A DNA stretch of 64,000 nt, from positions 23,433,648 to 23,497,647 of the forward strand of contig NC_092673.1 of the NCBI RefSeq assembly GCF_964355755.1, written 5' to 3'. Source of the stretch: Antedon mediterranea. Lineage: Eukaryota > Animalia > Echinodermata. Under the pieces are notes generated by a model. That model did no database searches, was not told the origin of the DNA, and saw only the letters and a program-made list of their open reading frames with translations. Positions 40,301-55,300 of this stretch are shown piece after piece (position 1 is the stretch's first letter; every line of letters begins with the position of its first letter). The translations under genes and the position numbers were made by a program.

Positions 40301-43300
40301 TAAATTAAATTTTTTAAGGTAAATAATTTTTTTCGATTTTTTTCAATGTAAATAACTATTATGTGAAATTAACAACAACAACAAATTTTTAGGGGGACAA
40401 TATATCTTTAAGAAGTCTCACCTGGTTCTGGTGTTGGGACTTCAAAGATTACTCGTCTGGCTGGTACTGGTTCAAGACGTGAAATCATGGCAGCAAGATC
40501 TGTGAATTGAGTAGGTATTTGTTTCTGCTTTGTCTGCATCTATTTAAAAAAAACTAAATAGGTTAGTTTTATTTTGAATACAAATGATAAATAACAAATC
40601 CAGTATAATTTGTTTGTTTCCTTTTGTCTGTTTGTTTTGGAGTCCCTGACACAAGCATTTGCTTTCTTGGTGATGCCACCATTATTTTGAAATAACTATT
40701 ATTATTATGATGATTATTCTATCATCATCATCATAATCTTCTCTTCAGAACCTCATTTTGGGTAGTCACACATGTGACTCCCTCTTTTCGGTACTTCAAC
40801 TGTCCATGACCAGGGCTACTGGTCTGAAAGATGGACAGGCGAGACGTGAGTAATAATCAAAAACAATCAATCAAACAAATGTATTAATTTAACAATTGAA
40901 AGATGCAATATCAAGAAATGTAATCATTTTTTTTTGTAGGTTTGTAGCTTAAAAATGTTTACATTTAAAAAAAATAATATTTTCACTTTTTAACAACAAT
41001 TGCAACACAGAGATCATAAATAAAAAAACATTTATATACAGTACCTAACCTAAATACATGCATAAAAAAACAATTATTTTCGATAAAAAATAAATAAATA
41101 AAATCAAAATAATAGGACACCTTATTGGAAACCACTTCTCGCTTCTCTACAGAATCTTCGCCAGTAAGTTCCGCTAAGAGTCCACTCTTACCCCAGCCAG
41201 ACAACACAGTCTGTGCATGCTGATACCCTACATCTTTGATCTCCTCAAAACGATTGAAGTGAAGGGTCTTGAATCTGAAACAAAATCAAAATAATGAAGC
41301 AAAAAAAAAACAAACAAACAATTGCAAAACAGTAGGACCTCTATTAAGGGACCCAACAAAGTTTTCCTGAATATAAGTTTGCTTAGTTTAGACACATTTT
41401 AAAAATCCCAACAAACTTTTTCATCCTTTAAAATTAATATTAAAAAGCATCTGGTCTCGGTGTATGGCAGGAAAGCATTCTGTTCTGGTTTATTTCTCTC
41501 TACTTCCTTTTGAATCAATTGGAACCCATTTTCCTCCATCTGAATTATGTCGATGACATGTTCAGTCAAAGAAGATATATGTTATAAACCACTCTACCAT
41601 TATCTTTTTTCTATTTATTGAATTATTGTATAGTAACCTCATTGTAATATTTTTTCCTATTTTCTTAATGGTGGTCTCTGCTTAAAGTCTATTTCTAGAA
41701 TTATTTTGACCATCATCCACATTTATGTAATACTTAATGATTTATAAAAAAATTATTATGTATTACTTGTGGAAATCAAACAACAATAGTTGTATATATA
41801 AATAAATTGTATAATTAGCGTTCTAAAATGAAAAAAAAATATGAAAAACTCACAAAGAGAAATTGTTCTTTCTGTGTAAAATATTTTAAATTGAGATGGA
41901 TAATAATGATCATGTATAATGAAAGTAATATGTTATAATGAGGTTTGGAAACAAAGAGGTTATTTAGACCAAACTTCTTTTGTAAGTGTATTGTAAAATA
42001 TAAGAAAATTAATGAAGAAAGGAGGTACTGTAATACGGATTTCAAAAATGTTACTGATGAAGGATGTTATGATTGTAAGTAATGACATGAAAGATAATAT
42101 GAATGTGAATAAAAGTGGAGTTTACGCCAAAAAAGAAAAAAAAAAAACAATAAAAGTGGGCTGTAGTGTTAAATAAAACATTTTCATTTGTTTGATTCAT
42201 ATGAAACTGCCTTCTTAATAGTTTTGTTCCCTGGTCATGAGATAAATTATAGTGATATTAATGCCTGGTTTTTGCATCACAGAGGGACACTTAAATCTCT
42301 ATGTCCGATATTAGAAATTATTTTACATACAAAAAATAATATACTCTGACGCTATAATAATAGAAAAGAAAATCTTTCTTATTTTCATTAGTGAATTTGT
42401 ATTTTGATAGGACTGTAACTGTTTGCACAACACAACAAAAATAATGATAATGGTTGTAGCTATAATAAGAACTGACAGAAAATAATTTTATAGATCAGTG
42501 AAACACAAATGGAGTATATAATGATTACAGAAGCAAAAAAGTATTATACACGGCTGGGTGTTTGAGCCTACACTATAAAACTAGTTGTGATGTGCCCAAA
42601 TATGGTAGTGATATACCCAAATATGGTAGTGATATGACATCACATTTTTTTTGTCACATACAATTTGAGAGTGTAGACAAAGCTTAAGATATTATGCCAC
42701 ACAACCGTACATAAAAGTATGTTATAAATGAGCAAAGTGAGATGTACCTCTATCTAACTAGTACATTATATTTTTACCTATCAATTGGAGGTCTTATATA
42801 TTCACACATATCATTCTTCATAAGCTCTTCTTTCTGTTTCATACATGATACATAAGCTAGTCTGCTTTGGATGTCACTCATGTCAGGGACCTAAAACGAG
42901 AAAATGAAAAACAAAGAAATGAATTAAGCTTTTCTTGTTAGCTTCAACTCAGAGCACTAAATACATTTTTTGAGTTTTTTTAATCATTGTTTTTTTTTAT
43001 TGTCAATTTTATTAATTTTCAATTTTATTATTTTGTCAAGGGTGCAAATTAGCTTAAAATATGCATCCTCCATGTACATGGATATGTTGGACGTTTATGT
43101 AAAAAATATAAAATATTGAATTGAAACAAAACAGATTCAAATTCATTTGTGACAAATGCAACACAATGAGGGGGTTGGAAATACTAGTAACTATTATAAA
43201 GATATTGACTGCTTGAGGTTAAATATAAGATTTGACATCCCCGAGGGAATGATATTATGTTCGAGGAATATTCCCAAGAACTTAATATCATTCCCGAGGG

Positions 43301-46300
43301 GATATCTAATCTTATATTTTACCGATATAAAAGGCGATATCTGTTATATTACATAGCCAACAACAAGTAGAATATCTGCTGGGCCGGGTAGCTAGGCTAG
43401 GCCTCCTTTTTGTATTGTATGTATGTAAACAAGATGCCCAGACACCTTACCTTTCGAAGAATAATATACAGATAATTACTACGGTAATTAATGATTCCTT
43501 GGCAATGAAATATTCACTAGCCTAGGTCGTTTAAATAATAACAGAAGAATTTCCATCAATAAGCCTACATTAATAATAATATTATCAGGTAGGCCTAGGC
43601 CGAATAAATAATAATTCGTCTTCATACTTCGAGCCGAATCACCGGATGTTCAGTGCGTCGCGCGCGTACCAGTTACTACTGTGAGTATTAACCAATCAAG
43701 AAACGGTGTTTCATCACATCTAGGGAGGACTAAAAATAAATGAGGGCGCTATGTATGCATAGTTTAAATAGTTTAGATGATTAATTTCTTCAAGCAAGTT
43801 CCGTGGCGCAGCGCATGAAGCGTTGTCTTGTGATGTAGTGACAATTTCATCGCGAGTTCAAGACCCAGTAGATGACTTTTGTTTATTTATCGGCAAGCGC
43901 GAGTGTTGCCACACGAAATTTACTCAGTCAATATCATCGTTCTCGAGGATATATACAATTTACAATCCTTGCAGTGGTAGTCATGTGATGCAGTTTCAAC
44001 CAATCACGTTCGCGTATTTACATAGGCTATGTAATATAACCTAGTAGTTTGTAATGTTAGGTGTTTTGTATAATATTACACTTTTACAGTATTTATATTT
44101 GTATACAGTAGTAGAACCTGTCCTATTAAGGGGGCACTTTTTTGGTCCTGTCCCTTTTATATAGCTTTTACTGTAATTATTCTAATGTGGCAATGGAAGT
44201 CAAATCTACTGCAAATGTTACCACAATATGTTTTTAAAAATGTCTTACTTTAATTGCCTCTGACCAAGGATTCCAACGTTTCCAGAGAAGCCACCAACCA
44301 GATAGTTCATCTCCGTAATTGGTGAGATTGGTCTCATCTACACTGCCGACATCTACAGCAATCACGGTCTGTGCACCCATCGCCTTCATAATGTCAGCTG
44401 AAACAAAGAAAGAAAGTTTTAATAAATCCAAAGACAGATGCTGCAGTATTAACTATTTTTTTTAAATTTTTTAATATTTTAGACGATGTAAAAAATATTT
44501 AACAGACCCAATAGCGTCCAAGCAAAAAATTACTATAGTAATAAATAAAACAAATAAAATAAATTTTTATTCTTATTATTTTAGTCGATGTAAAAAAACA
44601 TTTAACAGAGCCAATAGTGTCCAAGCAAAAAAATTACTGTAGTAATTTAAAAAAAAAATGATAACTAACCTAAATAAAACAAATAAAATAAAGTTTTATT
44701 CTTATTATTTTAGTCGATGTAAAAAACATTTAACAGAGCCAATAGTGTCCAAGCAAAAACATTACTGTAGTAATTAATAACAAAAAAAATTGATAACTAA
44801 CCTAAATAAAACAAATAAAATAAATTTTAATTCTTATTATTTTAGTCGATTTAAAAAACATTTAACAGAGCCAATAGTGTCCAAGCAAAAAAATTACTAT
44901 AGTCATTAAAAAAAAAAATGATAACTAACCTAAATAAAACAAATAAAATAAAGTTTTATTCTTATTATTTTAGTCGATGTAAAAAACATTTAACAGAGCC
45001 AATAGTGTCCAAGCAAAAACATTACTGTAGTAATTAATAAAAAAAATGATAACTAACCTAAATAAAACAAATAAAATAAAGTTTTATTCTTATTATTTTA
45101 GTCGATGTAAAAAACATTTAACAGAGCCAATAGTGTCCAAGCAAAAAAATTACTGTAGTAATAAAAAAAAAAAATGATAACTAACCTAAATAAAACAAAT
45201 AAAATAAAGTTTTATTCTTATTATTTTAGTCGATGTATTGTAAAAAACATTTAACAGAGCCAATAGTGTCCAAGCAAAAAAATTACTGGAGTAATTAATA
45301 AAAACAAATAAATAAAAAATAAATAGATAAATAAAATAAAACAAAAAAAACTCCCTTTAATACAATTATTTAGCAAATATAAGCATATTTTTCCCACATC
45401 AGTATTACTGTACTTAAACACTGTGTATGCAGGGAAATTATAACAACATGTACAAATAAATTGTGCAATTGGAATATTAACCAACTAGGCAATTGAATAG
45501 CACTAAGAATGTAAATAAAACAGCTCAGAATTGCCTGTGAATTAATTGCTTCATCATGATTTTTATTAACCATTGACTTTATATATATTTAGCTTTTGTA
45601 GTCGGATGAAAATATGCTATGATGAACATTGAAAAGTCGTAAACTATAGAATTTCTACATATGGAAATGATCATCTGATGGTCATCATGCAGATTGTAAA
45701 TGAAACAAATTATTCATTTCAAAACATGTAGCAGTATTTTAATGAAATAAAAGCATGCTTAACAAGAATATAAATTTGAATTTGTAGCCAAATGTTTTTG
45801 TTACGGCCATGAAGTTTCTATTGGAACACAAAACAATGGGATGGGGTAGAAACGGTTTTCAAATTTGAATTTTTGTATCACAGTCTGATCTCTAAGATAG
45901 AAACCAGTAGGTGACATGATGGATTAGAAATGCATTAGGATTGTCTATGTCCACACAACAATCTGTAGACAGTGCAAAAAGGTAGAGTAGTGAATTTGAA
46001 AGCGTAATCATAAAAAGTAATTAGAGAGGAGGATATACAGGAATAGCAAAGAATGTAAGCTTGGCTACAATAGAAAGGAGAAACCAACAATACAATACCC
46101 ACATAATTATAACAAAGAGACTAAAATTAGTGCTGCAAAACATGCTTATACAATTGCACCAATAAAATTGAGGCGAAGATGTACGACCTGGTGACAGGAA
46201 GCGATCAATTGATCTCACCTGGTAGATTATTCACATAACCTCCGTCCAAAAGCAGATGACCGTCTTTTGGGTCACATAACGGTGGCAAGTAGCCAGATAG

Positions 46301-49300
46301 CGACATACTGGCCCGGACATACCTCCAGAGGGAGCCTGCAAACATAACAGTTGATTAGCATAAATAAGACATTTGGTATCTTATGCAAATTAGTCCTCAC
46401 CTGGCAGATTATTACAATATGCACCGTCGACCAAAAGGTGGCCGTCACGGGGGTCACACAGTGGCGGCAGGTACACTGCCACCGACATGCTGGCTCGGAC
46501 ATAACGCCAAAGCGAGCCTGAAACAGAACAGGTGATAGGGTGTGAATGTTGTAATGCATGTTAGTACATTGTGATAACAAAATCGACTTCAGTTCGAACA
46601 ATTTGAAAAAAAGGATTTGGAATAATTTACAAAATGTCTTGATTTTAACTTTCTGTGTGTTAAAGGTAACATTCATAAGATAATGTATTATGTTTATTTT
46701 TTAATCACTGTATGATAAGATTATGTTGTTTATTACATATAAATCGAAAGACAAATTACTGAAAAAATGACAATTCTGTGGGTATTAGTGGCTGGATCTT
46801 AACGAAGATACAAAAAAAAAAAGTGAAAGCTAAATCAAACGATAAAGTAAAAGAGCCAGAAAAGTTAGCAGAGCTTTCAGGCAACACTAGCCCTTCATTA
46901 GTGCAAGTATACATATTATTATTACATATGACCTCTGTTTCATAAAATTCAAACAAATGTTAAAATAATACAAAAAAAATAGAATGAAACAATTTATCAG
47001 ATCTGCTTTATAAAATGTGTAATAATGCTAACATAAGCAAAACAACAATAAGCTTGACATTGGCAAATTACTAAAGTTGTAATTGTTTAACAAACATCAT
47101 TACTAAAACAGTGTTTTCAAAGTATTGCGCTTTCGTCACACTCAAGAAAAATTCTTAATTTTGGATTAAATTGACGTGTTAGTTGCTATGGTGACACAAT
47201 AAATTCAAATACAAACAATAAAAATTAAACAAATATTGTTTCTGTAAGTATCTAGTAATAGTATGTACAATCAGTATTACGTATAATTTGAACTTAAAAG
47301 TTAAAAAAAATGCCATGCTAAAGTGGTTTATCAGAAAAGGACTTTGAAGAAAAATAGATATTAATTAAATCAGACTTTGAATAGGTTATTTTGTAGTTTC
47401 AATCAAGTTAATCCCTTCCATAAAATAAAAAAAATGTTTTGTCACATAAAATGACAAAATAAATGGTAAAATTCAACCAAAAACCCATTGCTGGCAGCCA
47501 ATTTGACTATTTTTTGCTTTAAATTACAGTTTTTCCAGGTAAATTTATTCAATATTATGTGACACTAAAATGGCATATTAAAAAAAAAAATTTTTAACAA
47601 TTATCTTTTCAGGTACACCCTTTATTAAAGGGACACTTTCACATGCAATGAGCAATATGTTTTAATTAATACAGCCTACTAAGGCTACACTTTTTAATAA
47701 GGGGACAAATATTGTTGTGGTCCCTTTAATAAGGATTATACTGTATTTATGTCTAGTTATGCATGGAAATAGTAGTAGTACCTATACACTCAGAATATCA
47801 CTAATATAAACTGCGTTAAAAGTTAAAAGGTGATCTGGAAGTTATTACTGTCCCTCAATATAGAGTTTAATACATATTTACAATTGCTCATTTGATGTGT
47901 CCCAAAGCAAGGGTTGTATACTGCTTGACTTTGTCACAATATAATTGTTTTACATGCCACATGCCACCAGCCAAACCACAAAGCTACTGATTCTCCTAAT
48001 CTGCAATCTGAGTTACCATGAACGCAATTTTAATCAAGTAATCTGTCGCTGGCTTTATAACTATAATTCTATTATTTTTTGTAGCACATTTTCTACATAC
48101 AGACTCATACAGTTGATAATGTTATTGTGCATCTCATAGATAAAACTAATTAGTTATATAGCTACAAATTTTCATTAATTTGTTGAAAAGATTTCACATG
48201 AACATTTAGTTGCCATGGTGAAAAAATACATTAAACTGCAATAAAGATCAATATTGTTTCTATATATAAGTATTTAGTACATCCCAATGCAGCATAATTT
48301 AACCTTAAAAGTAATAATAATAATAATATCAGTTATAAAGACAACATGAAAAGAAAAAACACTATTGAAATATGCGAGTTTTTAGGAGAGATTTAAATTG
48401 AAAAGGGGATGAAATGTAACGGATGGAACAAGGAAGTTGGTTCCAGATCTCATGTGCTTGAGTAGAACCCCCCTCCCCCTTAAGACACCTCTATTCAGCA
48501 GGTAACCCAATTAAGAACGCAATTTAAAATGAAACAAACAAGTGAAAATATATGTTTCAACAATCGCTATTCAGGGGATATTCCAATTCAGGGGATATCC
48601 CAATTTAGGGATATCCCAATTCAGGGGATATCCCAATTCAGGGGATATCCCAATTCAGGGGATATCCCAATTCAGAGGATATCCTAATTCAGGGGACAAT
48701 TCATTGGGTCCTGAAGTAAACATTTTACTGTATAGTGTAAGTTTTAAAAAAATGACTGGAAACCAACCTGATGTATGGATCCTCATTTGTGAGACACTGA
48801 TATCTGTTGTGATCGTAAAGTATGGAATCCACAAGTCTTCTATTTGTTTTTCTGCAAACACATCTTTGATAGTTCTATTAAATCCCCGTCCTAATAGAGA
48901 AAAAAAAACAACATTGATATTTTGAGTAACAGATTCATTTTCTATTCATTTATTTTATTCAGCCAGTAAAAACAATACAAAAAATACAATACAAAGATGA
49001 ATTTCATTGTAGGCCAAGGACGCCAAAATTAAACCAAACAGCGGGCCTGGCAGTCTAAAACCCTTTTCACATCTGCATAAATTGTTAAAACTTGTGACAA
49101 CTTGTAACCAGGTTTGATCTCCCGATTTATTACACGTTTTTATACAAGAATTCGCGAACCCTGAGAAATCTCGGAAGAAGAATTATCATCAAATGCTCAT
49201 TTTGATGAAGCAGTCTAAACACCTGCATTTTAAAATGTCATAATTTTAATAATCTTTCAATCCAGTTTTTCAGGTCTGGAGCACAAATAAAAACATACCT

Positions 49301-52300
49301 GAAAACATAGCTGTGAATGGATATGTAAGATCAGCCAATTGCTTCCAGAATGAGGTCATGACCTTTGACCAGTTCTTTGCTCTAACCTCCATCTTCTGCC
49401 AGCTTAGGTCCTCACAGTACAATGCACCATTAAAAGCACCGATACTGACTCCTCCTACCATGTCAATTGGGATTCCATATTCTTGCAGACCTCGTATGAT
49501 GCCAATTTGCGAGGCACCTCTGTAACAATGAAGCATGTGGACTTTGTTTTATAACATTGCAAAATATTTTAAATAAATCATGCGCTAAAAAAATATCTTG
49601 AAAATCGTGTAAAGAAACATAAAAATCAAGTAATAATAAACAGCAGAACCCCTATTGGAACAGATTAAAACCCCAAAAAAAGTGTTCCCGGAGTAGGGAT
49701 TGGCCATAGTGTTAAAACATATATTTCTCCTTGTCCATTTGACAGGAGTGTCCGCTTAATAGGGGTGCTCATTGAATAGGGGTGTCCTAAAGGAGTGGTT
49801 CTACTATACTACTTAGTATTTTCAGTCCAAGAGCATTAGTTCATAAGTATAGGCAGACCTGCAAATTTTTTGTAACAAGCTGATTTTTTCAGAAAAAGTT
49901 CAGAACTCCAACTCCATCTTAAATTTCTCGGAGAGCACAAGGAGGATTTTTTAAGACTTTTAGTATGATGTTCCAATCATAGTTCTGGACCTTTCCTGAA
50001 AAAATCAGCTTGGTATGAAAAATTTGGGGTCAAACCCTAAATGGTCTTGCTCTCTATTTGCCACTAATAAAACATATACTTACTTAGCCCCACCACCACC
50101 AAGCACCAATCCTATTGAGGTACCAGTTAGAAACCGTGCCACTCTTGAGAAATCTGAATGACGATCTGGTGGTTTTTGAAAAAGTTTGTCATAAGTTTCT
50201 CGTTGCTTTGCCGGAGACTTTTTTGAGAACATCCGCCTAGGACATCGGATGTGATGATGAGTAACGCACCAGCCGCGAGCATTGAGCCACTCAGCCGTTC
50301 TCGTCGGCGGCTTGTATCTTGAATCTTTTTCTCGGTGGAGCAACATCAGTTCTTTTTGAGCACGAACTGCAAGGTTTTCTAATTGTTCTTCCATCTCACT
50401 GATATCATTTGGATCTTTATCTGCTAATGCCACAATTAAAATGCAATCAGCCTATTACAATAAAAAAAGAATATAACACATTACCAATAGTACATATTTC
50501 ACATATTAATGTTATAATTATTATTATTTATTAATAATAATATAATCAAGAAAATAAACAATGGAACATTAGAACACCAGCATATATATATTATATTTTA
50601 CATATTTTAAATAAAGAAAATTTAAATCATGATTATAACATTAAAAAATACCATATACTAAATACACAATTCTAAAACATCCATATTTAAACTAAACAAA
50701 GCAATGAGATGACTAAATAAATAATTGGACAATATAACAATTAATAAATAAAGCAATTAAATTAATGCAAATCTTTCATGTATATTTGTTGCTTTTTTCT
50801 TTCCCCTGTCTATAATGATGTACAGCTATTTTTTTTAACTTGGTGATTAAAACCATATGGGCTTATTTGTATTCTACAGACACAATAATATTGTTCAAAT
50901 TTTATTATAATAAAATGTATAGGATAAATCTATACAGTATATTCTCTCACCTGACGAATACACCTTTGTGTCCATGGGGTCATCTTATAATCAGCCTGAT
51001 AGAGGACAATACGATGAAAGTCTTCCTGTAAACCTAACCAACTTGTTAACCGGAACTCATGTATACTGTCAATGTTGTGAAATAAAGTCTTAATTAAATA
51101 ATAATAATCGGATTCCATCAAAGCTAAATTGTTTATCTAACTCAGTAGGAGGAGCTAATTACTTAATTAGACCTCAATTAGCATTTCCTGTCACCAACTT
51201 TGGTGCTTAGTGCACATAATTATTATTGTTTTGTATTCACTTGATCTTGAAAATGGTTCTATGATGGTACCGAAACGTCGATTTCTCTTTTTGTCATTAA
51301 ATTTTATATTGAAATTAAATAATAACACAATTATTTAAGGCTTAATAGTACAGTAATTATGAAATCAGATGGGCAGAGTCTTTGAAATAAATAAATAAAA
51401 CGTCAATGTGTGCATTTCTAGTAAAAGGACACCTTTCATACGGAGGAAAATCTGGAATAGAAACCTACTTTGTAACACCTCGAAGGACACACTAATAAAG
51501 GGACACTTTTCTGTAAAATGAATGACACAAGGGGAAACATATGTTTGACCCCTACTCTGTGGTCATCCTTATAAAGGGAATACTTTTTAGGTTCCGAAAG
51601 TGTCCCTTAATTGGCTTTCCACTGTAATTAATGCTTTTAGCATCTCTTGTAAACAGTCACCCAAAAAGTTGTTGACAATGAATTCAATTACAGTATCAAA
51701 ATTGATCGGCTTTTTTTTTCATTGGGAAAACCATAAAATATCGGTTAAAGCTCAATAAACTCAAAGGCACTCAGTCCACTTAGTTTCAACTGTATACTCT
51801 TTCTTGTTGCAATTAAGGGTTTATTAAAAATATGTTACCTATCAAGAGCAGCACTACCAAGTGTCTTTAATATATAGTCACTGGTTAATCGAAGACATGG
51901 ACCTGCAAGTAATGATAATCGATCAATTTATTATATTATTCCAGATATTATCAAAATAATGAATGTTTATGAGTTGAAATGGAAGCATAATGTATAGTAT
52001 AATGCATAATGTATTTGAGGTGTTGCGTAGCGGTAGACGTTTACGAATCCATCATCTCTCATCAAAATAGATTTTGTATCAGCTTTTATCCAGCTGCCAT
52101 TCGAGCACTAAATGCTTGTCAGTATACAGTACGAGAGTGATGTGACATTTTGTAATTGTTTTTTTTTAGTTTTTCATCTGTTTTTGTATATCTCAGAGCA
52201 AACATAATATCTATGTATATTTTATATGCAGATTACAATAAATGGAAGTCATTTTCCACTTATGAATGAATTAATATTTGTATGCGGAAAATTGTTTTAT

Positions 52301-55300
52301 TCAACAGTAGAACAGTCATGCTTTCAATGAATGAAAATATTCTCACCATTCAATGATTTCAAACCATTCATTATTTGTTTTAACACACCTACTTCTATAG
52401 TAAAACTATTCAATTAGGCCATTTTCATCTTGAAACTGATATTAAATGATAGGCCATGTAAACATTTGGTGCTTAGATTTTGGCCGTGGTACAGTGCAGT
52501 GGCCTTTTACAGTTAGGTTTCTCATTGCATAATAGTCATGTTGCACAACAATTTTAATTTTTTTACAGAAAGCTGCAACAGTAGGCCTACCTTCACTTTT
52601 TTTAAAAGGAACGTACAGCATGTGATACCAAATCATCAAATGGTACGTTTTCACTCAGGGACAGGAATATATTTTTGTGTTGTATTTTTTTACAGGCTGT
52701 TAGTCTACAATTACTATTAAATTTTTCGTTTTTATACATTTAGGAAAATTGCAAATGATAACCATAAGCGAATTCATTCACTATCCTTCTTAAAGATGGC
52801 AATCCCATTCACAAAACAAACATATACTCAAGATACTCTACATAAACAAAGTCTTATTACAAGTCTTTGGGAGTGAACTTGTAGTTTTGTCATTAGAAAA
52901 AATCCTGACATATTGACAGGATTTGAACACAGGACCCTTGGATTGGTAGCCAAGCATCATAACCACCAGACCACAACTCCACTCCACTTCATGGATAATT
53001 GTTCATAAATCATAACTTACCTATTGCACAAAGAGAATGGCAGAGTTCTTGAGCAAAGTTTGAGAGAGGTACTTGGTCTGAGGCAGCTATTATTGCACAC
53101 GTTGACAAGTTATCAACATTTGGGGGACTACCACGGACACCGACATTTTGGGAAATTGCTGAAGGAATATAATAAATAATATTTTCTATGTAAATTGGAA
53201 TTGTAACACCAAATGACTGAAAATTAAAAATATAATATTTAAATTATTTCATTATTATATTTCAACAGTTTGACTCTGAAAATCTGTGGGTGTGCGGTCA
53301 TCCACAAAAATGTTAACACAACACAAAATGTGCTCAGGCGAGTAATTATTTATTTAAGTTTTTAAGTGTTTACAACAAGACCAGTCAATTCTGGCTTATG
53401 AGTGTACAAATATATTATATAGCAATAGACAGATAAAAACAAAATAACAAGTTTTAATGTTAAAATAGTTGACTAAAGTGACAGTGGTAAATCAAATAAC
53501 TATGCATTGCAGCTAAAAGTTGCACAGTGATAACCAATTAAATAGTGTTTAACACAATTTATTTTGAATGAATTGAATGCTATTTTTTATTTTCCATAAG
53601 AAACAGGCCTCTAAAAATGTTGATATTACTCAGAAATACAATTGAATATGAAAGCTATAACAGTCAGGGGAAAATGGCAAAAGGTTTTCTACTTTCTAGA
53701 ATTTTTATCAGATAATCTATATTGTTTTGACAACTCTTGTAACATGATCATATATATTACGTCTGTAGCAATAAAATATATTGTTTACCTCTGAGTGGAT
53801 TTGATACATTTTTTTCTTTCACCTGTCCAACAAGTTTCTGACCAAGTATCTCAATGAGTCTGGTGACAACCTGAGGGAACTTCCTCTTTATAAGAGTCAG
53901 CATACCAGATGGTAACATTGCCAGCTCAGTATCTCTAAAAAACGCAATGTCAATAAGCCTGTATTTCTTCACCTAATTGTTCTTGACATGCTATCCCTTA
54001 AACCAATACTTTCCGTTTCTTGTTTCTTAAGCTCTTTCTGCACCATCAAAAAAAGTGTGATGTGCCTAAATATGGTAGCGCTATGACATCATCATATCCA
54101 TATATAGGCGCATCAAATTTTTTGTTTGTCACATATAATTTAATAGTGTAGATAGAGCTTTAATCAGTCAGGGTCACCTTTTAAGTAAACCAGCCCTTTT
54201 GAAACCAGACTATCCTGGCCTATAGTAAAGATGTATTGTCCCGTTTAAAAAATAATTCTTACACATTTTTTTGTTAAATATGCCATTTTAATGTCACCTA
54301 ATAGTTATCCACTTTGACCAAAAATTGGATTAAAAAAAATGTTTTTACCTAAAAAACTGTAATTTAAAGCAATAAATAGTCAAATTGGCTTCCAGCCAAT
54401 GGGGTTTTGGTTGAATTTTAACATTAATTTTGTCTGGTTTTTTTTTATGAAAGTGATTAACTTTATTAAAAGAAAAAAATTAATCTATTCAAAGTCTGAT
54501 TTTATTAATCTTTATTTTTCATGTTTTTGGGGGACAATACATATTTAAATTGATTCTGACTGATTGAGATAATGTATACGTTACCTAATAGCATGTACTG
54601 TAGTAATTCTTTCTTTCTGTGTAAGAACTTCAATCATGCCAACCATCTCGCCACGACCAAATTCTCCTAGCAATTCTTTCTTACCATTTGGTAGTGTGAT
54701 AACAGACCTCAAACGTCCATTCAATACAATGTATGTGCTGTCACCCTCGTTACTTTGCCTGCACACAAAAAAAACCCCAGAAAAACAAACAATAAGTCAC
54801 CTCTGTCTAACCAGGATAAAGTACCTTAACAGCAATTTTGCTGTTTTGGGATTGGCCAAAGTTCAAAATGTCAACTTCAAATTTATGTAACTAAAAAGAG
54901 ATTGGTACGTTATTTCACAATTTCTAAACTGAAGATTTTTTGTTGTTTACAAAAACTACTATTCAACATCTGACTGAATCTTGTTTTTTATAGGTGACAC
55001 AAAACACTGGTCAACAAATCTTGTTCAATGTAAAGATGACATCATTTCACAATATTTGTTCAACATTTTTAAAATGAATTTCCTTAAACAACTGCACTGA
55101 AAACGTCATTCTATTTTTGACATATCTCCCACAATGCATAACATAAACAAACATAATTTCTAATGTGAGGTCAACAAATCTTGTTCAATGTAAAGATGAC
55201 ATAATTTTAAGATATTTGTTCAAAATATTAAAAAATGGATTCCCTTAAACAACTGTATTGAAAACATTTTTGACATACCTCCCACAATGCGTCAGGACAT

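Noticed and set aside
44470-45310. Possible CRISPR-like array
   Set aside because: Whole ~120-bp units are repeated with no unique spacers, there are no cas genes, and it lies in a eukaryotic intron.
48542-48925. 127-aa ORF with QFRGYPN repeats
   Set aside because: Produced by the 17-bp minisatellite plus the antisense of an NTE exon.
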